Shown piece after piece: positions 24,353-37,738 of a stretch of DNA of 64,000 nucleotides (the stretch's first letter is position 1; every line of letters begins with the position of its first letter). The DNA lies in the NCBI GenBank assembly GCA_951406725.2, contig OX597817.1:10974001-11038000 (forward strand). The letters run 5' to 3'. This DNA comes from Octopus vulgaris (Eukaryota). The notes below the pieces were generated by a model. That model did no database searches. It saw nothing but the letters and a program-made list of their open reading frames with translations, and was not told the origin of the DNA. Made by a program: the position numbers and the translations under genes.

Positions 24353-24922
24353 TTATCATTTACTTGTTTCCATCATTGAACTGTGGCCATACTGGGGCAC
24401 TGTTTTGAAGGGTTTAGTAGAACAAATCAACCACAGTACTTATTTTTTTCAAGTTTAGTATTTATTCTTTTGGCCTCTTTTGCTAAAATCAGTATGCTTC
24501 AGGGATGTAAACAAACCACTCTCAGTTGCAAAATGGTAGCAGAGGAGACAAAGACAATGACACACACACATATACAGATATGCAAAAGGCTTCCACACAG
24601 TTTCCATCTCCGAAATTCACTCACAAAGCATTGGTTAGCCTGAGACTATGGTAGAACTCCCTTGCCAAACATTATGTGTTTGCAAAGCAAGTTTCTTAAT
24701 CAGCATAGCCATGCCAATTAAGCTATGATTTATCATTTCCATTTCAATTCACAAAATGGCCAGAAGTATAGAGGTATGTTACTAGTAAACTGAATTAATA
24801 ACAATTTTGGACGTTTTTCCTTTGAAAAGACAAATTCTCAGAGCAGTAATGTCAGGACCAAAAGGAAAATTATTGCTTTTGAATGGTCAAAAATATTAAA
24901 AGAAAGAAACGGTCAAACTTAC

Positions 24923-25034
24923 AATTGGATGATCTAGAAAAGATTTCATCAAAAGCTGCCATCATACTTTCACAACCTTCTCCTCCATATCTTTTGACAG
25001 TGGTAAACTTGGAAGCAAGGAATTGGTCGAATGT
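24923..25034 (-). CDS. DHTKD1: DHTKD1 exon 5
   Basis: CAG|...|GTAAGT, phase 0 to 1. Encodes [37 protein letters not shown] (KRYGGEGxES is typical of DHTKD1). Confidence 0.95.
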
Positions 25035-25529
25035 CTGATAATAGTAATAATTTACAATTGAAGTCAGAAGTGTGGTTATCCAACAACTTAGTATACTCTC
25101 TCTTTTTACTTGTTTCAGTCATTTGACTGCGGCCATGCTGGAGCACCGCCTTTAGTCGAGCAACTTGACCCCGGGACTTATTCTTTTGAAAGCCCAGTAC
25201 GTATTCTATCGGTCTCTTTTGCCGAACCGCTAAGTAACGGGGACATAAACACACCAGCATCGGTTGTCAAGCAATGCTAGGGGACAAACACAGACACACA
25301 AACACACACACGCATATATATATATATACATATATACGACAGGCTTCTTTCAGTTTCCGTCTACCAAATCCACTCACAAGGCTTTGGTCGGCCCGAGGCT
25401 ATAGTAGAAGACACTTGCCCAAGGTGCCACACAGTGGGACTGAACCCGGAACCATGTGGTTGGTAGACAAGCTACTTACCACACAGCCACTCGATGATGA
25501 TGATAATGATGATGATTAAAAAAATGTTA

Positions 25530-27000
25530 TTGACATAATAAATGTTTGAGCAGTATCTTTTATTAGATATGGAGTTGAAATTGTAGATTGGACATAAAGA
25601 AACTTGACAGAAAATCTGGGAAGCTGTTGACTATGTGTGGAGCCCACCATCTGAAAGCTAATATTAACTGGCTATACTTGAAGAGAGACCAGGGTGGAAG
25701 AGGCTTAATGGCTGTGGAAGAGAGTATGGACAGAAGGAAAAAAAAAGCCAACTAGAATATTTACATAGCAGCAAAACATTTGAGCGAGGCTGTTGCCAGT
25801 GCCGCTGGACTGACTCCTGTGCAGGTGGCACATAAAAAACACCATTTTGAGCGTGACCGTTGCCAGTAATGCCAGACTGGCCCTCGTGCCGGTGGCACGT
25901 AAAAGCACCCACTACACTCACGGAGTGGTTGGCGTTAGGAAGGGCATCCAGCTGTAGAAACTCTGCCAGATCAGATTGGAGCCTGGCGCAGCCATCTGGT
26001 TCACCAGTCCTCAGTCAAATCGTCCAACCCATGCTAGCATGGAAAGCAGACGTTAAATTATGATGATGATGTAATGAATAAAAAAACAGGTGATCAAGTG
26101 GGAAATAGAAAAAAAGAACAAGAATGAAATTCAAAGAGAATGCATTAAACAAATTGAAGAGAAGCCTTTGTATGGTCAGTTTTGGAAAGCCACTGACGAT
26201 GTATGTGGAACAAAATCCTGGGCTTGGTTGAAAAAATGGCAACTAAAAATAGAAACAGAGAGCCTTATAAACAGCTCAAGATGAAGCGCTAAGATGAAGC
26301 GGTTTGAGAAGATGTGTGTATGGGAAGAAGGTGCCAGCAAAATTTAGAGTATAAGGAATTCAGGATGAAATGATGGCACACACTGTAGCAGAATGTGGCA
26401 CGTTGGCTGAAAGAGAATATAAGTAATGGAGACATGAACAAGCTGTGAGTTTTGCACTGGAAGCTTTGTCAGAAACAGGGGATTTGAAGTTGGAAATACT
26501 TGGTATAATCATTGGCCTGAAAGAGCGCATGAAGAAGAGAAAAGCAAGATTTTATGGAATAAGAAGATAGAAAATAATAAACCAAATATAACAATAACAG
26601 ACAAGGAAAAGCGAAGTTGCTCACTGACTGATCCATCATGTCTGTCTGATATCAGGTTTGTAAAGAGAGAAGATGAAAAATTTAAAAAATAGGTTTAAAT
26701 TTTTTTATCAATTGACAGTTTTAAGCATTTCACCTGGCGTGCTAACAATTCTGCCAGCTCGCCGCCTTCTTACCACATAGCCATGCCTGTGCCTATAAAT
26801 CCCTAAAAATTTGAAATTTCAACAATTTTGGAATATGAAAACTGTAAAAGTTGTGCCTGTAATAATTGGTGTATTAGAGACTGTGAGTAATTATACAGAC
26901 AAATAATTGAAGGAGATTGGAATGGAGAGTACTGTAGAGCTTCTGCAGAAAGTTTGCCTCTTAGGAAGAGGAATGCTTATCAGAAAGGTCTTGAGCACTT
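25530..27000 (+). mobile_element. Degraded R4/Dong-like RLE non-LTR retrotransposon, interrupted by a SINE
   Basis: Remnants LYLKRDQGGRGL, KPLYGQF..SWAWLKK.QLKIETESLI, HTVAECGTLAEREY, LHWKLCQ, KVVPVIIG.L, and LLQKVCLLG...IRKVL. Confidence 0.8.
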
Positions 27001-28179
27001 GAAAGATTATTGAAAGCTTGTAGATATCTAAGGTTACAGGTAACATGTTACCCACTTAAGCTCTACCAGCAATAGGACCAAACCTGAGTCAAGTTGAATA
27101 ATAATGATAATAATAATAACAAAATTTCAGGGTTGATTAAATAAGTACCAGTTATGTACTGGGGTCGATGTAATCGACCTAATACCTATGTCTGTCCTAG
27201 TTTGTCCCCTCTATGTTTAGCCCCTTGTGGGCAATAAAGAAATAAATAATAATTCTTTCAAATTTTGGTACAAGGCTGGCAATTTTGACAAGAAGGGGCA
27301 AGTTGATTACACTGACCCAAGTTTTTGATTGGTGCTTCTACTTTATTGACCCTAAAGGATGAAAAGTAAAGTCAACCTTGGTGGGATTTGAACTCTGAAA
27401 GTAGAGCTGAGAGAAATGTTGCTGAGGATCTTGTCTGATGTGCTAACAATTCTGCCAGCTGGCTGCTTTAATGATATTTATAATAATAATTCTTTCTACT
27501 ATAGGCACAAGACCTGAGATTTGGGGAGGAGGCTAGCAAATTATATTAATCCCAGGACCCAACTATTACTTATTTTATTGACTCTGAAAGGTAAAGTCAT
27601 CCTTGGAAGAATTTTAACTCAGAATGTAAAAGATTCACAAAATGCTGTGAAGTATTTTGTCCAGGATGCTAAAAATTCTGCCATGTATGTCTTTAGTGAT
27701 CCATGTCAAAAACTAAAATTGCAGTAACACTCCCAATACTACAGGTGAACTGCTGACCTTATGAAGAACAAAATGTCTGCTATATTTGCAAAAAAAAAAA
27801 AAAGCCAGAAAAGAAAAAGAAAAAATACATCTGAGTATAAGAGTTATCAAAGACTAGCACTATGACCCAGCAACGCCGGGTCATAGTGCCAGTGCATGCA
27901 TATACAGCTCCGTGCGAGTGCACATACACGCGAGTACTGTCCAAATCTCCGACCAATTACATACAGCTAGCTGGCATTCAATTGGCGTATCAAGTTTCGG
28001 GCATTTTGAGTGGGTTTTGGATAGAAAATTCACAAACAAGTCACTTCTACTGACTTTTTAATGGCTTTTCGGGGTGACTGTGGAAATGTAAAGATGTGCA
28101 TGACTACCCTTGGACGGTTTTGAATGACCATAGAAAGTGCGAGCCCTCTAACTGAAAAATTGTGGATTTGTATAAAGGA

Positions 28180-28214
<35 letters not shown>

Positions 28215-28362
28215 GCAGACAGACATTTTGCTGTTTATATATATAGAGATAATTGAATCTGTGTTAAAAGAAACATATAAAAAAAAAAAAGCAGATTTAA
28301 AATGTTCACATCAAACCAATAGTAAGTTATTCAAAGACATATAAAAATTTTGAATACAATAC

Positions 28363-28470
28363 CTGGCAACGAAGCATCAACTTGGCCAGAGCGATCTGAC
28401 GTTCAGCAGACACTTCAATGGAATCTTTTGTCTCAAAAGCATGAGCAAACCATTCTCGTTCCACTTCATT
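28363..28470 (-). CDS. DHTKD1: DHTKD1 exon 4
   Basis: TAG|...|GTATT, 108 nt, phase 0/0. Encodes NEVEREWFAHAFETKDSIEVSAERQIALAKLMLRCQ. Confidence 0.92.
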
Positions 28471-29358
28471 CTATGAAAGAAAATAATAACAACATTTTGG
28501 TTTTTGTTAAGCAGAGTGGCTTTCACTTATTTGGATGTTTGTTGTAATTTACTCCCAACCTGATTGCTCTGATTGAGACAGTCTAGCCATGACAATCCAA
28601 TCTCTTTATCAGTCACAGCATACCCTAGACTACATTTTCCAATGTGTTTTTATAGATTGTATGGTGTGGTTTGAAGATGATTTGGCTACTATTTCTAATA
28701 GGTCAAGAAACACATAGTGCTCTCTTATTGATTTGTGTGTGTCCAACACATGCCAGCAAGGAGCAGACATTAAATCATGATGATGATGATGATGATGATA
28801 TGCATTTGTAATTTATATTTGTAAAACTAGACATGCATAATTTATGCTAAGATAATTACATGCATAAACATGTGCTCATATGTTTAAGCATGGGTGAGTA
28901 GTGAAATTTAGATCAGATTGTTGTGTAGCACCTTGTGTGAAATTTAGAAGTTGGAAACTGTACAGAAGCTTATCATATGTATGTGTGTGTGTGTGCGTGT
29001 GTGTGCATGTACACGTGCATGCATATTTGTTTGTGTGTCTTTGCATGCATATTGCTTGTGTAGTGGTGATGATGTTCGTATCTGGTATAAACAAAAAGTC
29101 TGGTAGCTTAGTAGTTTGGCAAGCAAAGACATGGAATTATAATAATGAAAGTACATTATTTGTAAACAAGTAAAGGCTGGCATTAGGAAGGTAAACTCAG
29201 CCATAGAATACTGCTTCAAGAAGTCTTGTCCAGCCTATGCAAGCATTGGAAAAGAAGACATAAAATCATTGATGATGATGATGATGATGATGATGACAAC
29301 AATGGTGACTTAGCTACTTCATAGCAATCATAACTAAATAGAATTCATTGCTTTGAAG

Positions 29359-30030
29359 TATGAGGTGGTATCAAAAGGTTCTATGACTAGCTATGGTTAA
29401 TAAAAAATAACTTATTTACCTAAACACCATTCAAGTATGATCGTTACCTGCGTCGCCTTACTGGCACTTGTGCAGGTGGCACGTGAAAAAACATTCGAAC
29501 GAGGTCATCGCCAGTGTCGCTGGACTGGCTCCTGTGCAAGTGGCACATAAAAAGCACCATTTGAGCATGGCCGTTGCCAGTACCACCAAACTGGCCCTCG
29601 TACCGGTGACACGTAAAAGCACCCACTACACTCTCGGAGTGGTTGGCGTTAGGAAGGGCATCCAGCTGTAGAAACTCTGCCAGATCAGATTGGAGTCTGG
29701 TTTGCCAGTCCTCAGTCAAATCGTCCAACCCATGCTAGCATGGAAAGCAGACGTTAAGTGATGATGATGATTATTTACCTAAGTTTTAAAATCATCTCCT
29801 TCGAAATGGTCACTTTGCGCAGCAATACACTGGTCCCAGCCAGCGTTCTTGCCACTTTTGGAATCCAGCCTGGAAGCTGTTTCCTCTAAGTGAGTTGAGG
29901 ACCTTCAGAAATTCACTCTGAATCTCAACTGCGGTGTTTAAATGGTGACCTTTGAGCTGCATTTTCGTCTTGGGGAAGAGACAGAAGTTCGCAGGTGCCA
30001 AATCTGGCAAACAGGGAAGGTGTGGAAATG
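29359..30030 (-). mobile_element. Mariner fragment (transposase C-terminus plus TIR), split by SINEs
   Basis: PDLAPANFCLFPKTKMQLKG..F..W.ERW (YSPDLAPxDF motif), with a TIR-like TA.GAGGTGGTATCAAAA.GTTC at about 29359. Confidence 0.75.
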
Positions 30031-30247
30031 ATATCTCTTTTACTCGTTTCAGTCATTTGACTGTGGCCATGCTGGAGCACTGCCTTTAGTCGAGCAACTC
30101 GACCCCGGGACTTATTCTTTGTAAGCCCAGTACTTATTCTATCGGTCGCTTTTGCCGAACCGCTAAGTAACGGGGACATAAACACACCAGCATCGGTTGT
30201 CAAGCAATGCTAGGGGGACAAACACAGACACACAAACACACACGCAC

Positions 30248-30278
<31 letters not shown>

Positions 30279-31227
30279 TATATGCGACGGGCTTCTTTCA
30301 GTTTCCGTCTACCAAATCCACTCACAAGGCTTTGGTCGGTCCGAGGCTATAGTAGAAGACACTTGCCCAAGGTGCCACGCAGTGGGACTGAACCCGGAAC
30401 CACGTGGTTGGTAAGCAAGCTACTTACCACACAGCCATTCCTGCGATATGTTGTTTTTTGGCAAGAAACTCAAAAGTGTGGAGAGCTCAGTGACAGGGTG
30501 CACTATCATTGTGAATCCTTGCGCTCTCCAGATCCAATTGTTTTTTGCCAAATGTCTTCCCTTAGATGCTTCAAAACGTTGGATAATGTAATCCTAGGTG
30601 TGCTATATCAGAGTAAAATTCAAGACAGACATGTCTGGAACCTACCCCAGCAGAACTGAACTGGGGGACAAACAACAATAACCACAACACAGTGCTGCTG
30701 CTGCATCGTCGTCGCCGTCATCATTTAACATCCGCTTTCCATACTAGCATGGGTTGGACGATTTGACTGAGGACTGGCGAACCAGATGGCTGCACCAGGC
30801 TCCAATCTGATCTGACAGAGTTTCTACAGCTGGATGCCCTTCCTAACACCAACCACTCTGAGAGGTGTAGTGAGTGCTTTTATGTGCCACCGGCACGAGG
30901 GCCAGTCAGGCGGTACTGGCAACAGCCACGCTCAAATGGTGTTTTTCATGTGTTTTTTTTTATCATCATCATTTAATGTCCATTTTCTATGGTGACATAG
31001 GATGGATGATTTAACAGGAGCTGGCAAGCCAGAGAGCTAAACCAGGTTACATTTATCTGTTTTGGCAAGGTTTCTATGGTAAGATGCCCTTCCTAATGCC
31101 AACCACTTTATAGAGTTTACTGGGTACATTTTATGTGACACCATCAGATGTGCTTTTTACATGGCACCCGTTATTATAAGAAAGACCACCAACAGCTAAA
31201 GTTACAGACAAATTTGTGTAATCTTAC

Positions 31228-31405
31228 CTCTAAATGTTCAAATTCAGCACCGATATGTCCGCAGTACTGTCTTTGGAGATTCTCTATTAGTTCTTTAGGG
31301 GACTGGTAGCCATAGCCGCAATGTAGGATACCCTTAACATTTATGTCCGCTACCTCGTTATCTCCAGAGATGCCATAGCGTGATGGATTCAGCTGTTGAA
31401 TGCTC
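31228..31405 (-). CDS. DHTKD1: DHTKD1 exon 3
   Basis: CAG|...|GTAAG, phase 2 to 0. Encodes SIQQLNPSRYG...LQRQYCGHIGAEFEHLE (YCGxIGxE motif). Confidence 0.93.
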
Positions 31406-32050
31406 CTGTAAATAAACAAAGAGGGGAAAACAATAAAGTAGTAGTTTGAGATTAACCATTGTTATCATCATCATCATCATCATGAAGAGAAAAACACTGT
31501 CATCATAACAAACATACCTCTCTTTACTCTTACTCTTTTACTCTTTTACTTGTTTCAGTCATTTTGACTGCGGCCATGCTGGAGCACCATGCTGGAGTGC
31601 CCCTGACTGGTGTCCGTGTTGGTGACATGTAAAAGCACCAACCAATCGTTGCCGTTTGCCAGCCACTTCTGGCCCCTGTGCTGGTGGCACATAAAAAGCA
31701 CCCACTACACTCATGGAGTGGTTGGCGTTAGGAAGGGCATCCAGCTGTAGAAACATTGCCAGATCAATATTGGAGCCTGGTGCAGCCTCCTGGCTTCCTA
31801 GACCCCAGTTGAACCGTCCAACCCATGATGATGACATATTCATACTTGTTCATTTGTTTTCCATGTTTTTCAATCTTAGCATGGATTAAATGAATATAAT
31901 GAAGCCAGATGCCCTTCCTGTCACTAACCCTTATTTGTTCTTCAATGTGAATAGAAGTATGTGCTTATATGTGTGTGATGCAAAGATACACGTAGAATTT
32001 ATACTTCAGAAAAATGAAAGGAGAAAATAACACACTGCTGCAAAACTTAC

Positions 32051-32174
32051 TGTGTTTCTTTAAGTCCAAGCGGATCCAATTTAGCGAGTTTGTGGCCATA
32101 GCGTCGGTAGTTCTGTACCAAAGCATAAGCATTGCTATGTTTTATTCGATTTTCAATGGTTTCTGCACATAACA
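32051..32174 (-). CDS. DHTKD1: DHTKD1 exon 2
   Basis: TAG|...|GTAAGT, phase 1 to 2. Encodes (V)LCAETIENRIKHSNAYALVQNYRRYGHKLAKLDPLGLKET, containing the YxxxGHxxAxxDPL motif of 2-oxoacid E1. Confidence 0.9.
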
Positions 32175-32726
32175 CTAGAATTAATAAAAAATATTAAATT
32201 AAATTAAAAATGAATATTGATAAAAAATAAACCGCAAAAAGTATAACTGGAGTGTAACAGAGATGAAAGGAAAACAAAACAAAAACAAACAACTCTTCCA
32301 AAAGGGATTGGATTTTCACTTTTACTAGCATTCCATTCCAAAGAATGTGAAGAAATTGCTACAGTACCAATCATCATTTAGCGTCCGTTTTCCATGCTAG
32401 CATGGGTTGGACAGTTCAACTGGGGTCTGTGAAGCCAGGAGGCTGCACCAGGCCCAGTCTGATCTGGCAGTGTTTCTACGGCTGGATGCCCTTCCTAACG
32501 CCAACCACTCCATGAGTGTAGTGGGTGTTTTTTACGTGCCACCCGCACAATCAGAAAGTTAAATAGTAGGACTGAGTTAGTGAAATAGCTCAACCATAGA
32601 TCAAGACAATACTAGAGAGTGAATAAGAGAGCTTCAGTATAGTTGAATGACATGCTAGAAATAGTAGGCAAATTTATCGCATATGAACCCCCCTACAATC
32701 TTACAAAACAGCGAAGAACACATTAT

Positions 32727-32838
32727 ACTGGGTCATCCCATAAATAATGCAGTTTTTGCAATTGCATGAGCTAAAAGGAGGAGGGGGTGAGTGGGATAAA
32801 CTACCTGCATCAACTTGCTATAAAAGCAGGTAGTAATT
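32727..32838 (+). mobile_element. Solo 5' end of the mariner family found at 49399-52925
   Basis: TGGGTCATCCCATAAATAATGCAGTTTTT...CTTGCTATAAAAGCAGGTAGTAA, colinear with 49400-49508. Confidence 0.8.
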
Positions 32839-34187
32839 GTGACAACACGTTTGTATAAAGTGAGCCCCTTAAAGACATAGCTGGATTTTTTGGTGACTTG
32901 TGTTTTTTCATTTTTGTTTGTACAAAACATCAGTTCTCATTCTAAATCATTTTTTCTTGTTTTAATCATTTAATTTGCTGAACACAAAATGTGGCTAAAG
33001 ACCCCCATTTGGGTGATCTTCCAGAGACACCGTATCCAGTTTCATTTACTATTCATTTGAGATGACCTGTTTTTCTTCAACATCTCCAGTTTCATTTGTC
33101 ATTTTAGATCACCTGCTTTATTCCAGGTCACAATACCCCACACTGAGACACAAATGCTTTTGACAAGAAAGTAGTATTGTTTTTTAGCTGTACATTCTAG
33201 AAACCCGTTAGCAATAAATAAAGCAGGTCAGCACAGCACAACAAGACTGGGTACCAAAGAAGAAGAAACATTCGTGGCAGAAAAAAGATTACTATGCATA
33301 TTGGTTTGGGCTCTTATCATGAGAAAATCAAAATTTAGATTGGCTTCTCAAAAGGAGGACACATGTCAGTCATATTAAATTAGCAATGTGTGCTAATTAT
33401 TTGTGTTATCGGTTATCATAAATTACACACAGGAAAATAAATACAAGCATTTATAAAAAATCTGTCATACTCTTCCTCTCTTCTTATATCATCTTGAATT
33501 TATTTTTATATTCTTTGTAGGTTTATTGTAAGAAATGTATGTATTCTTTTATTCTTTAACTTGTTTCAGTCATTTGACTGTGGCCATGCTGGAGCACCGC
33601 CTTTAGTCAAGCAAATCGACCCCAGGACTTATTCTTTGTAAGCCTAGTACTTATTCTATCGGTCTCTCTTGCTGAACTGCTAAGTGACGGGGACGTAAAC
33701 ACACCAGCATCGGTTGTCAAGCGATGTTGGGGGGGACAATCACTGACACACAAACATATACATACATATATATACGATGGGCTTCTTTCAGTTTCCGTCT
33801 ACCAAATCGACTCACAAAGCTTTGGTCAGCCCAAGGCTATAGTTGAAGACACTTGCCCAAGGTGCCACACAGTGGGACTGAACCCGGAGCCATGTGGTTA
33901 GTAAGGAAGATGTGTGTGTGTATATATATATATATATACACACACACATATGTGTATGTGTGTGTTTGTCTCCTTGTAATATTGTATGTATCGAGTGAAG
34001 TGGAGGAATGAAAATAGATGTGAGATATGCAGGGATATTACATCTGTAGATCCATTATTTAGGCAGAATGGTATACATATAAGATTCCAGTACCTTGTGA
34101 GTAAAATCCAATAGTATCTAAAATTGGTCATTCCAAGTATAAAGTTTGTACACGTCTCATAACCTATATATAGGTTACCTCTCATAA

Positions 34188-34249
<62 letters not shown>

Positions 34250-34591
34250 CATATATATATATTTATATATAGCAGGCTTCTTTCAGTTTCTGTCTGCCAA
34301 ATCCACTCATGAGGCTTTGGTCAGCCCGAGGCTATAGTAGAAGACACTTGCTAAAGTTGACATGCAGTGATACTGGAACCGGAACCATGTGGTTGGGAAG
34401 CAAAATTCTTACCACACACCTACACTGGGACCTATACCATTTCTAATAAACATTGTGTTTATGAGAAATAAAGGTCAACATATTTAAGTATGGGTCAACA
34501 TATATAATGAAGGGTAAGAAAATAGTGGGGTGTAACATGGTTGGTTGGCAAATGACATTTGAGGAATTAAATTCAGTATTCTTTTTTTTAA

Positions 34592-34796
34592 CCATTTAAC
34601 ATTTAATCTGGCCCAAATATTCAACCTGTTTTATGTTAAAACCGACCACATCCTACCTCTCACACCTAGAATGTCATTCTAAAAATATACCAACATACCA
34701 TTGAAATCTTAAAGCTACAAGATGATGCGTGACTAATTCAAAACAATGTGAATAAATAAGTATTACATTTGACTAAGAAATTTGAATGCTAAAGGG
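34592..34796. mobile_element. piggyBac-type MITE
   Basis: TTAA|CCATTTAACATT ... AATGCTAAAGGG|TTAA. A related degraded end lies at about 37910-37984. Confidence 0.6.
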
Positions 34797-35419
34797 TTAA
34801 ACATCTAGTTGGGTTATGATACAGTAATAGCACTTAGTGATTCTCTTGTTACTACTTTGGCAAGTATGGTGACATCTACGCTTAGCTGAAGAGGTGTAAT
34901 AAGTTAAAACATGCTTGATGTTATCAACCACACTTGTCAATTTGCTAATGTTTTGATCTTCTAATCAAATTTGTATTTCTAGATCATTCTTTGTGTGGCT
35001 ATGTGGTAAGAAGTTTGCTTCCCAACCATATGGTTCTGGGTTCAGTCCTACTGCATGGTATATTGGGCAAGTGTCTTCTCCTATAGCCCTAGGTTAACCA
35101 TTGTGTGTGTGTGTGTGTGTTTATGTCTCCTTTTCATGACATCATGATAGTTGTAAATGAATGTCACTGTCATACAAATAGTGTCATTTATTATCAATAT
35201 TCTACAAGAGCATATCTGGACATAGGAAACTATTACTTTGCTTGAAAACAAATGAGGGTTGGCAACAGGAAGGGCATCCTGCCAAAGAAAACTCTGCTTC
35301 AAAATAAGCTCCAGCTGATCCATACCAGCATGAAAAAGAGGATGGATGGATAGATGATGATGATAGCATTTGTGTAATTAGCATCACTTTTTTTTCATAT
35401 ATCTAATATTGATTTGTGT

Positions 35420-36095
35420 GAAGGTGCGAAGCTTAGTGGTTAGAATGTCAGCACCATGATCATAAGAGTGTGGTTTTGATACCTTGACCGGGCAACGCGT
35501 TGTGTTCTTGAGCAAAACACTTCATTTCACATTGCTCCAGTCCACTCAGCTGGAAAATATGAGTAACGCTAAGATGAACTGGCGTCCCATCCAGCTGGTG
35601 AACACAAAAGCCATAGAAACCGGGAAACGGGCCATAAGCCCGGCTAGGCTTTAAAAGGGCGCATTTATTATTTTCTGCGATGGACTGGCTTCCCGTCCAA
35701 CTGGGGAACACATATGCCATAGAAACCGGGAAACCGGGCCCATGAGCCCAGCTAGGCTTTAAAAGGGCGCATTTATTATTTTCTGCGATGGACTGGCGTC
35801 CCGTCCAACTGGGGAACACATACGCCATAGAAACCAGGAAACCGGGCCCATGAGCCCGGCTAGGCTTTAAAAGGGCGCATTTATTATTTTCTGCGATGGA
35901 CTGGCGTCCCGTCCAACTGGGGAACACATACGCCATAGAAACCGGGAAACCGGGCCCATGAGCCCGGCTAGGCTTTAAAAGGGCGCATTTATTATTTTCT
36001 GCGATGGACTGGCGTCCCGTCCAACTGGGTAACACATACGCCATAGAAACCGGGAAACTGGGCCCATGAGTCTGGCTAGGCTTTAAAAAAGGATG
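35420..36095 (+). mobile_element. tRNA/CORE-like SINE whose 3' 108 bp is tandemly repeated about 4.7 times
   Basis: tRNA-like head at 35420. GCATTTATTA recurs at 35661, 35769, 35877 and 35985 (period 108), and the element ends in an A-tail. Confidence 0.85.
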
Positions 36096-37677
36096 CCAAA
36101 AAAAAAAAAAAAATTGATTTGTGGAACTGTTTGCTGTTTAGGTTTCTTGCTAATTATCATTATCGTAATTGTATATTTACATTTGTACTGGCTTTTTATT
36201 GAGAGCTGAACAAACTATCAACCTCAGCATTGCCCCATCTTAGTGTTAAATAATACACTGTTAGGAGTCACTCTACAAATATTGCATCTCCAATGTATTT
36301 TTCTTGCCCATCCATCCATGTGTGTCAGCCTTTACAGATTAGTAACTCAGAAGGGACATCGACTGTGCCGAGATTACCAAACCCTTTCCTTCTACTCTTT
36401 ACTATGACAACTGACAACACAATAGTTACATATGCTAATAAGGAGTATACAGAGAGATTTATCAAGCTTTGGTTGGATGGTTAGACACATGTGACACACC
36501 CCACTTATTTAGATTTCAACAAATGAAAACAAATTTACAAACCCATTTCTTTGTGGCATAACATGCAGCATATCTTTCGTGCATCTACTATTGTCTGTTT
36601 AACCATTCATCTGATGCATATTAACCCACATCACAAATGGTAATTGCTATTGCATTTCTTTCTATACTAATTCCTTCTTTCTCCATTCACTCTGAGCCCC
36701 TTTCTTTTATATTTTCTTTCACCAAAACTTATACATAATAAACTCCTCTTATACATAATAAACTCCGCAGGAGTGGCTGTGTGGTAAGTAGCTTGCCAAC
36801 CAACCACATGGTTCCGGGTTCAGTCCAACTGCGCGGCATCTTGGGAAAATGTCTTCTGCTATAGCCCTGGGCCGACCAATGCCTAGTGAGTGGATTTGGT
36901 AGACGGAAACTGAAAGAAGCCTGTCGTATATATGTATATATATATATATGTATGTGTGTGTCTGTGTTTGTCCCCCAAGCATTGCTTGACAACCGATGCT
37001 GGTGTGTTTATGTCCCCGTAACTTAGTGGTTCGGCAAAAGAGACCGATAGAATAAGTACAGGGTTTACAAAGAATAAGTCCTGGGTTCGATTTGCTTGAC
37101 TAAAGGCGGTGCTCCAGCATGGCCGCAGTCAAATGACTGAAACAAGTAAAAGAGTAAGAGAGTTATCCAGTACTCAAATAACTGGAACTTTCAAGCAACC
37201 AGAAAAAAATTAAAAGAAAATGTATTGTTAATTAGAGTTAAGGGAATTTGTGTTTCTCTGTATTAATTGTCATTAAAAGAAAGCTTGTCTCTACTGTAGC
37301 TAAAAAGGATTGTTATTTCTCAAAGTACAGTAGACTATTCAATTTTACTGCATTTACAGTACCCTTATTTGTTTGGGTTAACCATTTAGTACCTTTATTC
37401 AAATTGTAGCTTCGAGATTTCTATGATGCAATTGTTTACTAACCACATGGTTCTGGGTTCAGTCCCACTGCGTGGCACCTTGGGCAAGTGTCTTCTACTA
37501 TAGCCTCGGGCCAACCAAAGCCTTGTAAGTGGATTTGGTAGACGGAAACTGAAAGAAGCCCATCGTATATATGTATATATATATATATATGCGTGTGTGT
37601 GTGTGTATGTCTGTGTTTGTCCCCCTAGCCAAACCGCTAAGTGACGGGGACGTAAACACACCAGCATCGGTTGTCAA

Positions 37678-37738
<61 letters not shown>

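Noticed and set aside
35460-36044. 194-aa ORF of 36-aa repeats, and a superficially CRISPR-like array
   Set aside because: It is the antisense reading of the 108-bp SINE-tail tandem. The units are contiguous with no unique spacers.
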